Shown here piece by piece: positions 34,901-42,799 of a DNA stretch of 64,000 nucleotides. The DNA comes from an uncultured Gammaproteobacteria bacterium (lineage in GTDB: Bacteria > Patescibacteriota > Patescibacteriia > Patescibacteriales > GWE2-39-37). The notes under the pieces are model-generated. The model had not been told where the DNA came from. It saw nothing but the letters and a program-made list of their open reading frames with translations, and ran no database searches. Position numbers and translations under genes: made by a program. The stretch covers positions 405,496-469,495 of the forward strand of contig CAYUCS010000001.1 in NCBI GenBank assembly GCA_964443495.1, given 5' to 3'. How positions within the stretch are numbered: the stretch's first letter is position 1; every line of letters starts with the position of its first letter.

Positions 34901-35409
34901 ATGCGATGATATGTCAGGACGTCTTTCCGTCGCCTAAATTCGATTATTGCTGCGCGGGCCAGGATAACCTTATCAAGACCAATGCTATCGGGCCCTTCAC
35001 GATCGTCAGGGCGGATGCCAGTGATTTGACCGTGCCTTCGTTCACGGGCGTATATGCGAACGTGGGCACCACCTTCAATTATTATAATTGCGACCAAGTC
35101 TGCCAAAAGGTGGGCAAGGTCTGCATCGGCGTCGGCTTGAATGACCACACCGCCAATGCCTGCAAATCGATAGTGCATGATGTCGGCGGCGCTTGCAGCT
35201 GTTCTAACGGCATCAACCAATACGATGACGATTGCAAGTCTAAGTTCAGTCTGGCCGGCGCCAGTACGGTCGTGTCGTTAGCCGCCGCTGACTGGGGTTA
35301 TGCCTGGGACTGGGTGTTCGGTTACTTGGGCGTCTGCAATGACTGCTCAGCCATCGGCGGATTGAGCCAGTGGTATCATGTGGGCGAAACGGCCTGTTAT
35401 TGCCAATAG
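31942..35409 (+). CDS. Large secreted cysteine-rich surface protein (Ig-like and cysteine-rich repeat regions)
   Basis: 1155 aa with a signal peptide. Contains a putative Ig-like segment (VVNLPPGLAVSTAGNVGTISGIP...LSITATDEYG) and CGDN.../CGDGIVQAEYNENCED cysteine-rich repeats. Minus-strand ORFs over it are shadows. Confidence 0.7.
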   Translation: MHKYFMTSKAEKLFILPVTALLALCIGWAIAAPSPDAIGVRVAPNPKHYSAARWYQTQGFKGSPQALIVDGYEAIRDGRTVYIDVANVVEAAPANNELSTNDQFFTNIFIISYNQDAEKATEDIFGQILANWKFNNNILKAGACSQTATQSCTYPPACIAPDCPTCAKDEYCVSSHEVSVRDTKRLADLADLNDLLDAYKAKNGGLCPKLESGSYLPNKSVSTWPSWQETLGKALGANLPFDPINKMGACAGFNAKTCWNEATRAFADPTPADANFDLPDGSRAYVYMSSPDGRSCGFFVTTESGLICNAAGTCTVGNNLGTPNPFSVLPGAIVSVGGATNTPPTLVCGSMSSFPKDPFGGFVSAFDIDRDPISGWQVEPLAPANWAAWQAAGWVWQGGQTGLVFANTAVANQKKLTAQQGGNTGNYQVRVTVSDGSATSSKICNVSMGASLPIIQALNVKVKAGNMATTTIFGYETNKNYGLSFTFTGDSGGGPIANFLTCTSTSPILGEPDGKYNCYINQKITYQPGVYNVTVTGIDTQGDTAMTSFIFDITNTPPRVDAVVCDPVIRALGGYSCTITGVDDEGNAITNYSVVNLPPGLAVSTAGNVGTISGIPALVGAGPHNLSITATDEYGFTGPATTFNLQVNNFCGDNVRQQPNTEGAGGSPAGTEQCDGTDGVAANPPLSNAGRQYGCTTVGTNVQLTGNQFTGTDASCGLAGPNVTGSCNGAFWTYNLVTPAVSQFYLTVETSNWGTSPYGSLEAFAPAGGEENVCPQAGVQHHVRVLVDGNYKGEFCANAVAPGGANVFSNVALGALFGGNHVLRLEWDNDWTYNPDAIWGTADDADSNIKIYTIKAEDKPCPEGGNCAGTCMQFGGYCGDGIVQAEYNENCEDAITDSAQRCGILNSNTILDSDGSAFDCTTLSNNTIGQTGIDSLYTALCDSCQIGCQADPNRNKLGMGCYLGQASPNAAPPAGSCQKGVWVCQANAMICQDVFPSPKFDYCCAGQDNLIKTNAIGPFTIVRADASDLTVPSFTGVYANVGTTFNYYNCDQVCQKVGKVCIGVGLNDHTANACKSIVHDVGGACSCSNGINQYDDDCKSKFSLAGASTVVSLAAADWGYAWDWVFGYLGVCNDCSAIGGLSQWYHVGETACYCQ
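32005..32820 (+). other. Intragenic high-GC3 segment (compositional outlier) in the 5' quarter of the 31942-35409 gene
   Basis: By eye, about nine codons in ten end in C or G: aac/gac/ttc/atc/tac are used almost to the exclusion of aat/gat/ttt/att/tat. Usage reverts abruptly near 32815. Confidence 0.7.
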
Positions 35410-35415
35410 AAATAT

Positions 35416-37059
35416 ATGGAAAAAAATAAGAAAATCATAATTGCCGGGTCGGTCGCGGTCGTCGTGCTCCTGGCTTGGCTTACTTATTATCTTGCCAGCC
35501 ATAATGCGCCGGAAGGGGCCGTTGTGCCGCCGGCCGGCACCTCCACGCCGCCGACAGCCGTCGTGCCGCTGACGAAGCCGGCGAAAGTGCCGATCCAGAT
35601 GGCTGAAGCGAAGCAGCCGTCTCTGGAAGATTGTGCCAAACTTGACGACAAAGCCAAGCAGGATTGCGTCAACAGATTCCGCGCCAGCCAAGCCTTCCTC
35701 TCTCGCGACCCTCGCAAGTGCCTCGAAGTCGATGATTATACGTTGCGCAACCAATGCCTTTACAACAGCCTGGCGCCCCTCAAGAAGGCGGATGATTGCG
35801 AGCGAATCGCAGACAAGAACTTCCGCGAACGCTGCGAGGAGGACATCGGCATGACGGTCCAGGGGGCTGATTATTGCAATAATTTCGATGATGAACCGAG
35901 CGAGAAACAGGAATGCGTCGATCGCGTGACGGCCATCGAAGCCTCCAAGCGGGGCGATATCCAGGCGTGCGCGGGCATCAAGACTCTTGAGTACAGCTTT
36001 TTGTGCGAGATAAATTCGATGAGACGCAACGGCAATGTTTGCGAGGAAATAAAGGACATGAAAAAGAAGAATTTGTGCATTTCCCGAGTGGACTTTTCCA
36101 AGGCGAAGACCAAGGATGATTGCGACAAGCTGCCGGATGAAACGTACAAGAAGGTCTGCAATAACGTCCTCGGAACCACCTTGGATGACAAGACGCCTTT
36201 CGATTCCGACGGCGACGGACTCAATGATTACCGCGAGCTTTGGATCAGTACCGATCCGTTCAATCCGGATTCCGACGGCGACGGCCTCAATGATAATGCC
36301 GAGTACAACGTCAATTTTACCGATCCAGCCGATCCTGACTCGGATGATGACGGAATCAAGGATGGCGCCGAGATCGCGAGGGGGACCAATCCGAAAATAC
36401 CCAATGCGCTTACTGCCAATAAGGTCGACACGGATGAGGACGGCCTGTTGAACAAGGACGAAGTCCGGTGGGGCACCAATGCCGCGAATGCGGACACCGA
36501 CGGTGATGGCGTCATGGACGGGACCGAGATCGGCGATGCGACCGACCCGCTGGGGCCGGGCTGGAAGCAGGATTCCGACAAGGATGGCCTTATAGATGCC
36601 GATGAGAAATTTTACAAGACAGATCCGCTCAATGCCGATTCCGATGGCGACAAGGCTAAGGACGGCAGCGAAGTCAAGTCCGGCAGCGATCCGCTCGGCA
36701 AGGGCTTGATGGATTTCGATCAGGACGGTTTGAGCGACGGCGAAGAGGCGAAGAAAGGTACCAATCCGGCGCTGAAAGACAGCAACGGCGATGGCATCAG
36801 CGATTCCGAGTCGCTGCGCCGGAAAATCGATCCGATCAGCGATGATCCTGATAAGGACGGCCTTTCGAACGCCTTTGAAATAAAAATCAAGACCGACCCC
36901 TTCAGTCCTGATTCCGATAAGGATGGACTGAATGATTTTGACGAGGCGGAAAAATATCACACCGACCCGCTTAAGAGAGATACTGACGGCGACGGCTTCG
37001 GCGATCATGATGAGATAAAGAAAGGGTTCAATCCGCTTTCGAAGATAAATAAGAAATAA
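35416..37059 (+). CDS. Membrane-anchored protein with an array of thrombospondin-type-3-like calcium-binding repeats
   Basis: N-terminal TM helix. About 12 or more motifs of the DSDGDGLND / DTDGDGVMD / DSDKDGLID type lie between roughly 36190 and 37010. The 553-aa minus-strand ORF is a shadow of the GAY-rich repeats. Confidence 0.75.
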   Translation: MEKNKKIIIAGSVAVVVLLAWLTYYLASHNAPEGAVVPPAGTSTPPTAVVPLTKPAKVPIQMAEAKQPSLEDCAKLDDKAKQDCVNRFRASQAFLSRDPRKCLEVDDYTLRNQCLYNSLAPLKKADDCERIADKNFRERCEEDIGMTVQGADYCNNFDDEPSEKQECVDRVTAIEASKRGDIQACAGIKTLEYSFLCEINSMRRNGNVCEEIKDMKKKNLCISRVDFSKAKTKDDCDKLPDETYKKVCNNVLGTTLDDKTPFDSDGDGLNDYRELWISTDPFNPDSDGDGLNDNAEYNVNFTDPADPDSDDDGIKDGAEIARGTNPKIPNALTANKVDTDEDGLLNKDEVRWGTNAANADTDGDGVMDGTEIGDATDPLGPGWKQDSDKDGLIDADEKFYKTDPLNADSDGDKAKDGSEVKSGSDPLGKGLMDFDQDGLSDGEEAKKGTNPALKDSNGDGISDSESLRRKIDPISDDPDKDGLSNAFEIKIKTDPFSPDSDKDGLNDFDEAEKYHTDPLKRDTDGDGFGDHDEIKKGFNPLSKINKK

Positions 37060-37107
37060 TCAGATCGGAGGGGGTGGGGCGTTGCCATCTGAGAATTAGC
37101 TAAAATT

Positions 37108-37995
37108 ATGCCTGAATTGCCAGAAGTCGAAACTATCGCCAGGGATCTGGATGGTTTTTTGGACGGGCTTACGATAATCGGATTCGACATCAAAAATCCT
37201 TTGGCTGGCCGTGAAAACGGTCAGCTGAATTTGCCGTTGGCGACGTTCAGGCAAAGGATCGTCGGCCAAACAGTCAAGGCAGTTCGCCGCCGCGCCAAAA
37301 CCATAGTTTTAGAGCTCGATCGTGATTTTTTGCTGATACACCTGAAAATGACCGGGCAGCTGGTTTACCGGTCTTGTCATGACGCAGCCTGCGATACGGT
37401 GGCTGGCGGCCACCCGATTATCGGGGTGGGCAATGAATTGCCAAATAAGTTCACCAGGGCGGTCTTCGCTTTTGCAGGCGGCTCGCACCTTTATTTCAAT
37501 GACGTGCGACGTTTCGGTTGGCTGAAGCTCTTGACACCGCAAGAGCAGGCAGCTTACGAGAGCGCCTTGGGGAGAGAACCATTGGGCAAGGATTTCACTC
37601 TCGATTATTTCGCCAGCTCGATAGGCAAAAAAAAGAACTCGACTATCAAGCAAGCCATCTTGGAGCAGAAATATTTTGTCGGCATCGGTAATATCTATGC
37701 CGACGAGTCTTTGTTTGCGGCCAAGATAAAGCCTGGCCGCAAGGTGTCCAGCCTGAAAGACGCGGAAGTCGGTCTGCTGTGGCAGGAAGTCATAAAGGTG
37801 TTGAAGCTGGCCATCAAGCATCGCGGAACGTCGTTCAATGATTATCGTGACGCCAAGGGCGACCGGGGCAATTTCGTGAAGCTGCTCAAGGCTTATGGCC
37901 GAGCCGGCCAGCCTTGCCTGACCTGCGGCCGCCCGCTTTCCAAAACCAGGATCGGCGGACGGGGCACGGTCTGGTGCGACCATTGCCAGAAGTGA
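37108..37995 (+). CDS. mutM: Formamidopyrimidine-DNA glycosylase
   Basis: N-terminal MPELPEVE, an H2TH region, and the C-terminal zinc finger CLTCGRPL...WCDHCQ. Confidence 0.9.
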   Translation: MPELPEVETIARDLDGFLDGLTIIGFDIKNPLAGRENGQLNLPLATFRQRIVGQTVKAVRRRAKTIVLELDRDFLLIHLKMTGQLVYRSCHDAACDTVAGGHPIIGVGNELPNKFTRAVFAFAGGSHLYFNDVRRFGWLKLLTPQEQAAYESALGREPLGKDFTLDYFASSIGKKKNSTIKQAILEQKYFVGIGNIYADESLFAAKIKPGRKVSSLKDAEVGLLWQEVIKVLKLAIKHRGTSFNDYRDAKGDRGNFVKLLKAYGRAGQPCLTCGRPLSKTRIGGRGTVWCDHCQK

Positions 37996-37997
37996 TT

Positions 37998-38025
37998 TTG
38001 CCTGTCAGGTCAAACGTGGTATAAT
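37998..38025 (+). promoter_or_regulatory. Candidate promoter of the signalling block
   Basis: TTGCCT (37998-38003), 16-nt spacer, TATAAT (38020-38025) with an upstream TGG. Only about 10 nt before the first ATG, so a very short leader is implied. Confidence 0.45.
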
Positions 38026-38035
38026 AATATTGATT

Positions 38036-39916
38036 ATGCCATCAAACAAGGAGCGGAAAAAAAATTTCTGTTGCGACTACTCACAGCTGATCAGCTCTGC
38101 AGCTGTGATTTTTGTAGTTTTGGATCGCAATGCCAGAGTCGTCGAACTAAATCAGTTCGCGCGCAGCTTCCTGGGGTACGAAAACGATGAAATTCTGGGG
38201 CTCGATTGGTTCGAAACCTGCGTGCCCGATAGCAAGGAAATCAAGAAGGATTTCAAAGCCATTGTCGGCGGCAAGTCCGCTCCGCCTCCGTTTTTCAAGG
38301 GCAAGGTGGTCGCGAAAGACGGCCGCGTGAGAACGGTCAGCTGGGTGACAACTTTCATCAAGGACTCGAGCGGACGGATCGAATATGATATCAATCTCGG
38401 CTATGACGTAACTGAAGCGGAGGCCGAGGAGAGGCGCCATATCGCCACGACCCGGCTGATGGACTCCATTTTTCACACCTCGCCTCAGGCTATCATGTCA
38501 ATCGATCGGAATATTGTCGTAGATAACTGGAACGAGTCGGCCGAACGGATTTTCGGCTATTCCAGGAAGGAGGTCTTAGGCAAGATTTCCCCCACCGTCC
38601 CCAAGGGTTCATATGAGGCGGTCAAAAAGATGTATGCCAAGGTCTTTGACAAGGGCGAAAGCCTGAGTTATGAGGGGTTGCGCAAGCGGCGGGACGGCAC
38701 TGATGTGCATGTCGCAGCTTATGCCGGGCCGATCAGGGATGACTCCGGCAAAGTGATCGGCGCGATGGTTCTGGTCGAAGATATCACTAAGCACAAGCAA
38801 ATCGAGAAGACCAATGCATATTTGCGCCAGGGCATCGAGAAATCGGACAGCGCCATCTTTCTGACCGACAATCAAGGAAAAATCACTTACGTCAATCCCG
38901 CTTTCGAAGCGCTTTACGGCTATAGCTCTTCGGAGGCGGTCGGCAAGACATCGAGATTCATCAAATCTGACAGGCAGAGCGATAAGGAATATGATGCCCG
39001 CTGGCGCTCGCTCATGTCGGGGAAGAATGTCGCCGGAGAGATATATAATAAGGCTAAAGACGGCCGAGAGGTCATTGTCGCCAATTCGACCAACGCTGTC
39101 ATTGACGATTACGGCAGTATCATCGGATTCATTGCCATTCAGCACGACATGACAGATGACGTCAACAGTAAGAAGAAGTTGGTTGAGCTGACCGAATTGA
39201 ATCAGCGAATCATCGATAGTTCGCCCTTGGGCATATTCATCCTTGATCGGGATGGCGTAATCGAGTATGTGAACGATAAGATGCTCGAGATTTCCGCCAG
39301 TCCCAAGGAAAAGCTGATCGGCTACAACTTGCTGAGTAACGAGAATTACATCCGACTCGGCTTGAGCCGGCGGATCATGGACTCCATCCATCAAGGAACT
39401 TCTTTCGAAACGGAGCCGATGAAATATCGCTCGCTTTTCGGCAAGAAAGAGACGTACCGCATCTTTTCCGGAGCTCCGATCAAGTCTTCAGACGGAAAAT
39501 CAAGCAAGGTTCTGATTACTATCAGGGATGTCTCTGAGTTGGTCAGCCACAATGAGGAACTCGAACGGTTCAATAGTTTGATGGTGGGCAGGGAACTCAA
39601 GATGGTGGAATTGAAAAGCCAGGTCCATCAGCTCAAGAGCCGGCTGGCCAGCATTGAATCGAAGAAAAAGCAGGAGTTTGTCTTGCCGTCGTTCGTCTCT
39701 GACGAAACTGCCGCCGTGCAGCTCGACGAGCTCGTGCAGGCCATCGATCGTGTTATTGGCGACTACGGAAAATTCTTTTCCGCGGACTTGCCTGAGTCGG
39801 AGCTCTGGTTCTTGGAGAAATACCAGATCCGCCATTCGATCAGGAATTTGATCAATATGAATATCGAATCGAAAAAATCATTAGCAAGTTTGGTAAAAAA
39901 GCATGAAAGATCATAA
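38036..39916 (+). CDS. Four-PAS-domain sensor protein with C-terminal coiled coil and no recognisable output domain
   Basis: Four PAS-like cores (VLDRNARVVELNQFARSFLGY, SIDRNIVVDNWNESAERIFGY, LTDNQGKITYVNPAFEALYGY, ILDRDGVIEYVNDKMLEISAS), then GRELKMVELK. No HisKA, GGDEF or HTH motif. Alternative TTG start at 38030. Confidence 0.75.
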   Translation: MPSNKERKKNFCCDYSQLISSAAVIFVVLDRNARVVELNQFARSFLGYENDEILGLDWFETCVPDSKEIKKDFKAIVGGKSAPPPFFKGKVVAKDGRVRTVSWVTTFIKDSSGRIEYDINLGYDVTEAEAEERRHIATTRLMDSIFHTSPQAIMSIDRNIVVDNWNESAERIFGYSRKEVLGKISPTVPKGSYEAVKKMYAKVFDKGESLSYEGLRKRRDGTDVHVAAYAGPIRDDSGKVIGAMVLVEDITKHKQIEKTNAYLRQGIEKSDSAIFLTDNQGKITYVNPAFEALYGYSSSEAVGKTSRFIKSDRQSDKEYDARWRSLMSGKNVAGEIYNKAKDGREVIVANSTNAVIDDYGSIIGFIAIQHDMTDDVNSKKKLVELTELNQRIIDSSPLGIFILDRDGVIEYVNDKMLEISASPKEKLIGYNLLSNENYIRLGLSRRIMDSIHQGTSFETEPMKYRSLFGKKETYRIFSGAPIKSSDGKSSKVLITIRDVSELVSHNEELERFNSLMVGRELKMVELKSQVHQLKSRLASIESKKKQEFVLPSFVSDETAAVQLDELVQAIDRVIGDYGKFFSADLPESELWFLEKYQIRHSIRNLINMNIESKKSLASLVKKHERS

Positions 39917-40091
39917 TCTGGCCGACGCTGTCGGCAAGCTGATCCAGTCGGAGAAAGACATCCGTTCCAAATGCCAACGGTTGCTCGCATCAAGCAATGA
40001 CGAGTCGGAAATCTCGGCTTACGAGGCGGTCATAAGGTCTAAGGATCGGTGCATCTTGGAGTTGAACAAGATTTTTGAGCTGCTGAGTTAA
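39903..40091 (+). CDS. Small hypothetical helical protein
   Basis: 62-aa ORF overlapping the PAS gene end by 14 nt. No motif. Confidence 0.3.
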   Translation: MKDHNLADAVGKLIQSEKDIRSKCQRLLASSNDESEISAYEAVIRSKDRCILELNKIFELLS

Positions 40092-40103
40092 TAAATAAAA
40101 GAT

Positions 40104-41324
40104 ATGAAGAAAATTTTGCTGGGAATCATGGCGCTAGGGGCGATTATCGTAAGCTTGTTTTATCTGGCTTTGTTTTTCGGCGGTTCCTTGTCGGAGACAG
40201 CGATTGAAACGCCAGGAGTCAGCGACACGGCCATCATGATCGGCACTTCGTTGCCGATGACCGGACACGTCAGCTTCTTCTCCGAGTATTATTTCGGCGG
40301 ACAGGCTTTTTTCGACAAGGTGAACGATGAGGGCGGGGTCCATGGTCGCAAGATCAGGGTCAAGGTCTATGACGACCAGTATGACCCGGCCAAAACCGTG
40401 GCCAACACCCAGCGCCTGATAAGCCAGGATAAGGTTTTTGCATTATTCAATTACGTCGGCACGCCGACTGGCATCAAGGCTTTGCCATTGATTAATGAGG
40501 CTAAGATACCCTTGGTCGGCATTGGCACGGGGGCGGACGTTTTTCGCAATCCGGTCCAGCCTTATGTCTTCAATCTGAGGGCGTCATACCACCAAGAGGC
40601 GGGGGCGTTCATTAAGGGCGTGGTTGAAGATCTTAAGATGACCAAGGTGGCGGTTTTCTACCAGTTCGATGACTACGGCTTCGACGGCCTGAAGGGCGCT
40701 GAGATCGCCTTGGCCGGATACGGCCTGAAGCCGGTCGTCACTGCCAGCTACCAACGCGGCAGCCTGGATGTCGAAGCTGCTGCCGAGGCTGTTAGAAAAT
40801 CCGGCGCCGAGGCTGTTTTTATGGTCAGCGTCTACGCTCCAGCCAGCAAGTTCATCAAGCTTGTCAGGTCCAAGGATTATAATCCGATTTTCGGGAACCT
40901 GTCTTTCGTGGGTTCGGAGGCCTTGGCAAAGGAACTGGGGACTGCCGGCGACGGGGTGGTGGTGACGCAAGTCGTGCCGCCTCAAGCGGACAAGAACATC
41001 CTGGTTGGCGTCGATGAATATGTCGCGGTCTTGAAGAAATATTACCCGGAAAAGACACCTACCTTCAGCGGACTTGAAGGGTATCTAGACGCCGAAATAA
41101 TGACCGAGGGGTTGGAGCGTGCCGGGCCTGACTTGACGCGGGGGAAATTCATCCGATCGCTGGAGTCGATCCGCAAGTATTCCCTGAATATCGCCTCGAC
41201 GGTCAATTTCAGCGAAAAGAACCACCAAGGAATGAGTCGGATTTACCTGACTTATATCAAGGATGGCAAGTTCGTCCTGTTCACGGATTGGCAGGAGGCC
41301 TTGAACGAAAAAGATTCAAAATAA
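40104..41324 (+). CDS. Periplasmic-binding-protein type I solute-binding protein (branched-chain amino acid/LivK-like)
   Basis: N-terminal anchor present. IGTSLPMTGHVSFFSEYYFGGQAFFDKVNDEGGVHGRKI, YDDQYDP and FNYVGTPT match the family pattern. Confidence 0.75.
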   Translation: MKKILLGIMALGAIIVSLFYLALFFGGSLSETAIETPGVSDTAIMIGTSLPMTGHVSFFSEYYFGGQAFFDKVNDEGGVHGRKIRVKVYDDQYDPAKTVANTQRLISQDKVFALFNYVGTPTGIKALPLINEAKIPLVGIGTGADVFRNPVQPYVFNLRASYHQEAGAFIKGVVEDLKMTKVAVFYQFDDYGFDGLKGAEIALAGYGLKPVVTASYQRGSLDVEAAAEAVRKSGAEAVFMVSVYAPASKFIKLVRSKDYNPIFGNLSFVGSEALAKELGTAGDGVVVTQVVPPQADKNILVGVDEYVAVLKKYYPEKTPTFSGLEGYLDAEIMTEGLERAGPDLTRGKFIRSLESIRKYSLNIASTVNFSEKNHQGMSRIYLTYIKDGKFVLFTDWQEALNEKDSK

Positions 41325-42271
41325 TGCACTCACTCAAAGACAAGATACTGCTTTATATACTCTTGCCGGTAGCCTTGGTGTTCGTCGGATTCCTGTTTTT
41401 CAATTTGAGCATCAAATCAGTGATCGATAACCATTTCAGGGAGCACGCCGATGAAGAGGCCTTGAAGATGGCCCACCTGGCAAAGGACGCGATTTTGCTC
41501 GGCGACAAGGATAAGCTTTTGCAGATCATCTTCGACGAGAAGTATCTGACCAAGGGCATCTCCTATTTTGCGGTGTATGACAAGGAGGGCAAGCTTTTGG
41601 CAGACACGAGCTTGGGCCGAGAGGCGACGAACCCGGTCTTTTTCCAGCCGGTCGATACCTCGCACGTTCCGGCTTATCGCAAGGACGGCAAAGTCATTTA
41701 CATCGACAAGCGCGACACGCAATTGGGCCAAGGCATCGTCGTTCAACCCGAGGGTAAGATAGAGTACGTGAAGCAGCAGCGTTATATCGAAGATAGCGGA
41801 GATTACCGCTATTATCTGACCGACATCCCGGTCCATGCCGGCCTTTACGACATCGGGATGATCAGGATCATATTCAATTTCAGCGAATTGACAGATGAAT
41901 TGGGCGGCATGAACAAACTGGTCTTCATTTTCGGTATCGTTTTCTTCGTGGTCTTGATTTATCTGTCGGGACACTTATCCAGATCGCTTCTTGCTCCTAT
42001 CAAGAGCCTGACTAGAGTCGCCCAGGAATATGCCACCGGCAATTTCGACTCCTTCGTCCAGGTCTCGACCCTGGATGAGGTCGGTGATTTGGCGGTCACT
42101 TTCAATATGATGAAAAGCAATCTTGAGGAGAGCCGCAAAAAACTGTTGGATGAGAAAAAGGCCGTCGAGGCCAAGGCGAACGAGCTCGAGGCCTGGCAGA
42201 AGACGGCCGTGGCACGCGAGCTCAAAATGGTCGAGCTCAAGAACAGGATCAAAGAGCTTGAGTCAAAATAA
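41324..42271 (+). CDS. Membrane sensor with extracytoplasmic domain and HAMP domain, ending in a coiled coil with no kinase domain
   Basis: Start overlaps the solute-binding-protein stop (TAATG). Two TM helices. HAMP region LAPIKSLTRVAQEYATGNFDSFVQVSTLDEVGDLAVTFNMM. C-terminal ARELKMVELK motif. Confidence 0.7.
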   Translation: MHSLKDKILLYILLPVALVFVGFLFFNLSIKSVIDNHFREHADEEALKMAHLAKDAILLGDKDKLLQIIFDEKYLTKGISYFAVYDKEGKLLADTSLGREATNPVFFQPVDTSHVPAYRKDGKVIYIDKRDTQLGQGIVVQPEGKIEYVKQQRYIEDSGDYRYYLTDIPVHAGLYDIGMIRIIFNFSELTDELGGMNKLVFIFGIVFFVVLIYLSGHLSRSLLAPIKSLTRVAQEYATGNFDSFVQVSTLDEVGDLAVTFNMMKSNLEESRKKLLDEKKAVEAKANELEAWQKTAVARELKMVELKNRIKELESK

Positions 42272-42293
42272 CTAATCATTAAATACAAAAAAC

Positions 42294-42788
42294 ATGCAGA
42301 GCTTAAGCGAAAAGCTTATCTGGCCCGTCCTAAGGATCGTCTTGGGGTGGTATTTTTTCTGGCCTTTCATTGACAAGGTTTTCGGCCTCGGATTCAACAC
42401 CCCTGCTGGCAAGGCCTGGATCGACGGAGTTTCGCCGACGTACGGCTTCTTGGCCAAGGCGACCAAGGGGCCGTTCGCCTCGTATTTCCAGGCTATGGCC
42501 GGCAGTCATTTTGTCGAGTGGCTATTCATGATCGGCTTGCTACTGATCGGTCTCAGCCTGATGTTGGGCGTGGCAATGCGCCTGGCCTGCTTTTCCGGCG
42601 CGACGATGATGGCGCTGATGTATCTGGCCGGTTCGATCTGGCCTCTGCATAATCCGTTCTTGGATGAGCACATCGTCAATGGCCTGCTGCTGATCGGCTT
42701 GTCCGGTACCGGAGCCAATATGCGTTTCGGCCTGGGCGCCGCTTGGTCAAAGGTCGGCCTGGTCAAGAGATTCCCATTCCTGCAATAA
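42294..42788 (+). CDS. DoxX-family membrane protein
   Basis: 164 aa with 4 TM segments and an RIVLGWYFFWPFIDKVFG-type N-terminus. Confidence 0.5.
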   Translation: MQSLSEKLIWPVLRIVLGWYFFWPFIDKVFGLGFNTPAGKAWIDGVSPTYGFLAKATKGPFASYFQAMAGSHFVEWLFMIGLLLIGLSLMLGVAMRLACFSGATMMALMYLAGSIWPLHNPFLDEHIVNGLLLIGLSGTGANMRFGLGAAWSKVGLVKRFPFLQ

Positions 42789-42799
42789 CATAACCTTTC

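Noticed and set aside
35347-37008. 553-aa minus-strand ORF opposite the Ca-binding-repeat gene.
   Set aside because: It is a shadow ORF created by the GAY/GGC-rich repeats on the plus strand. Its translation is low-complexity (I/A/V/R-rich) with no start context, whereas the plus-strand product has clear repeated DxDxDG motifs and an N-terminal anchor.
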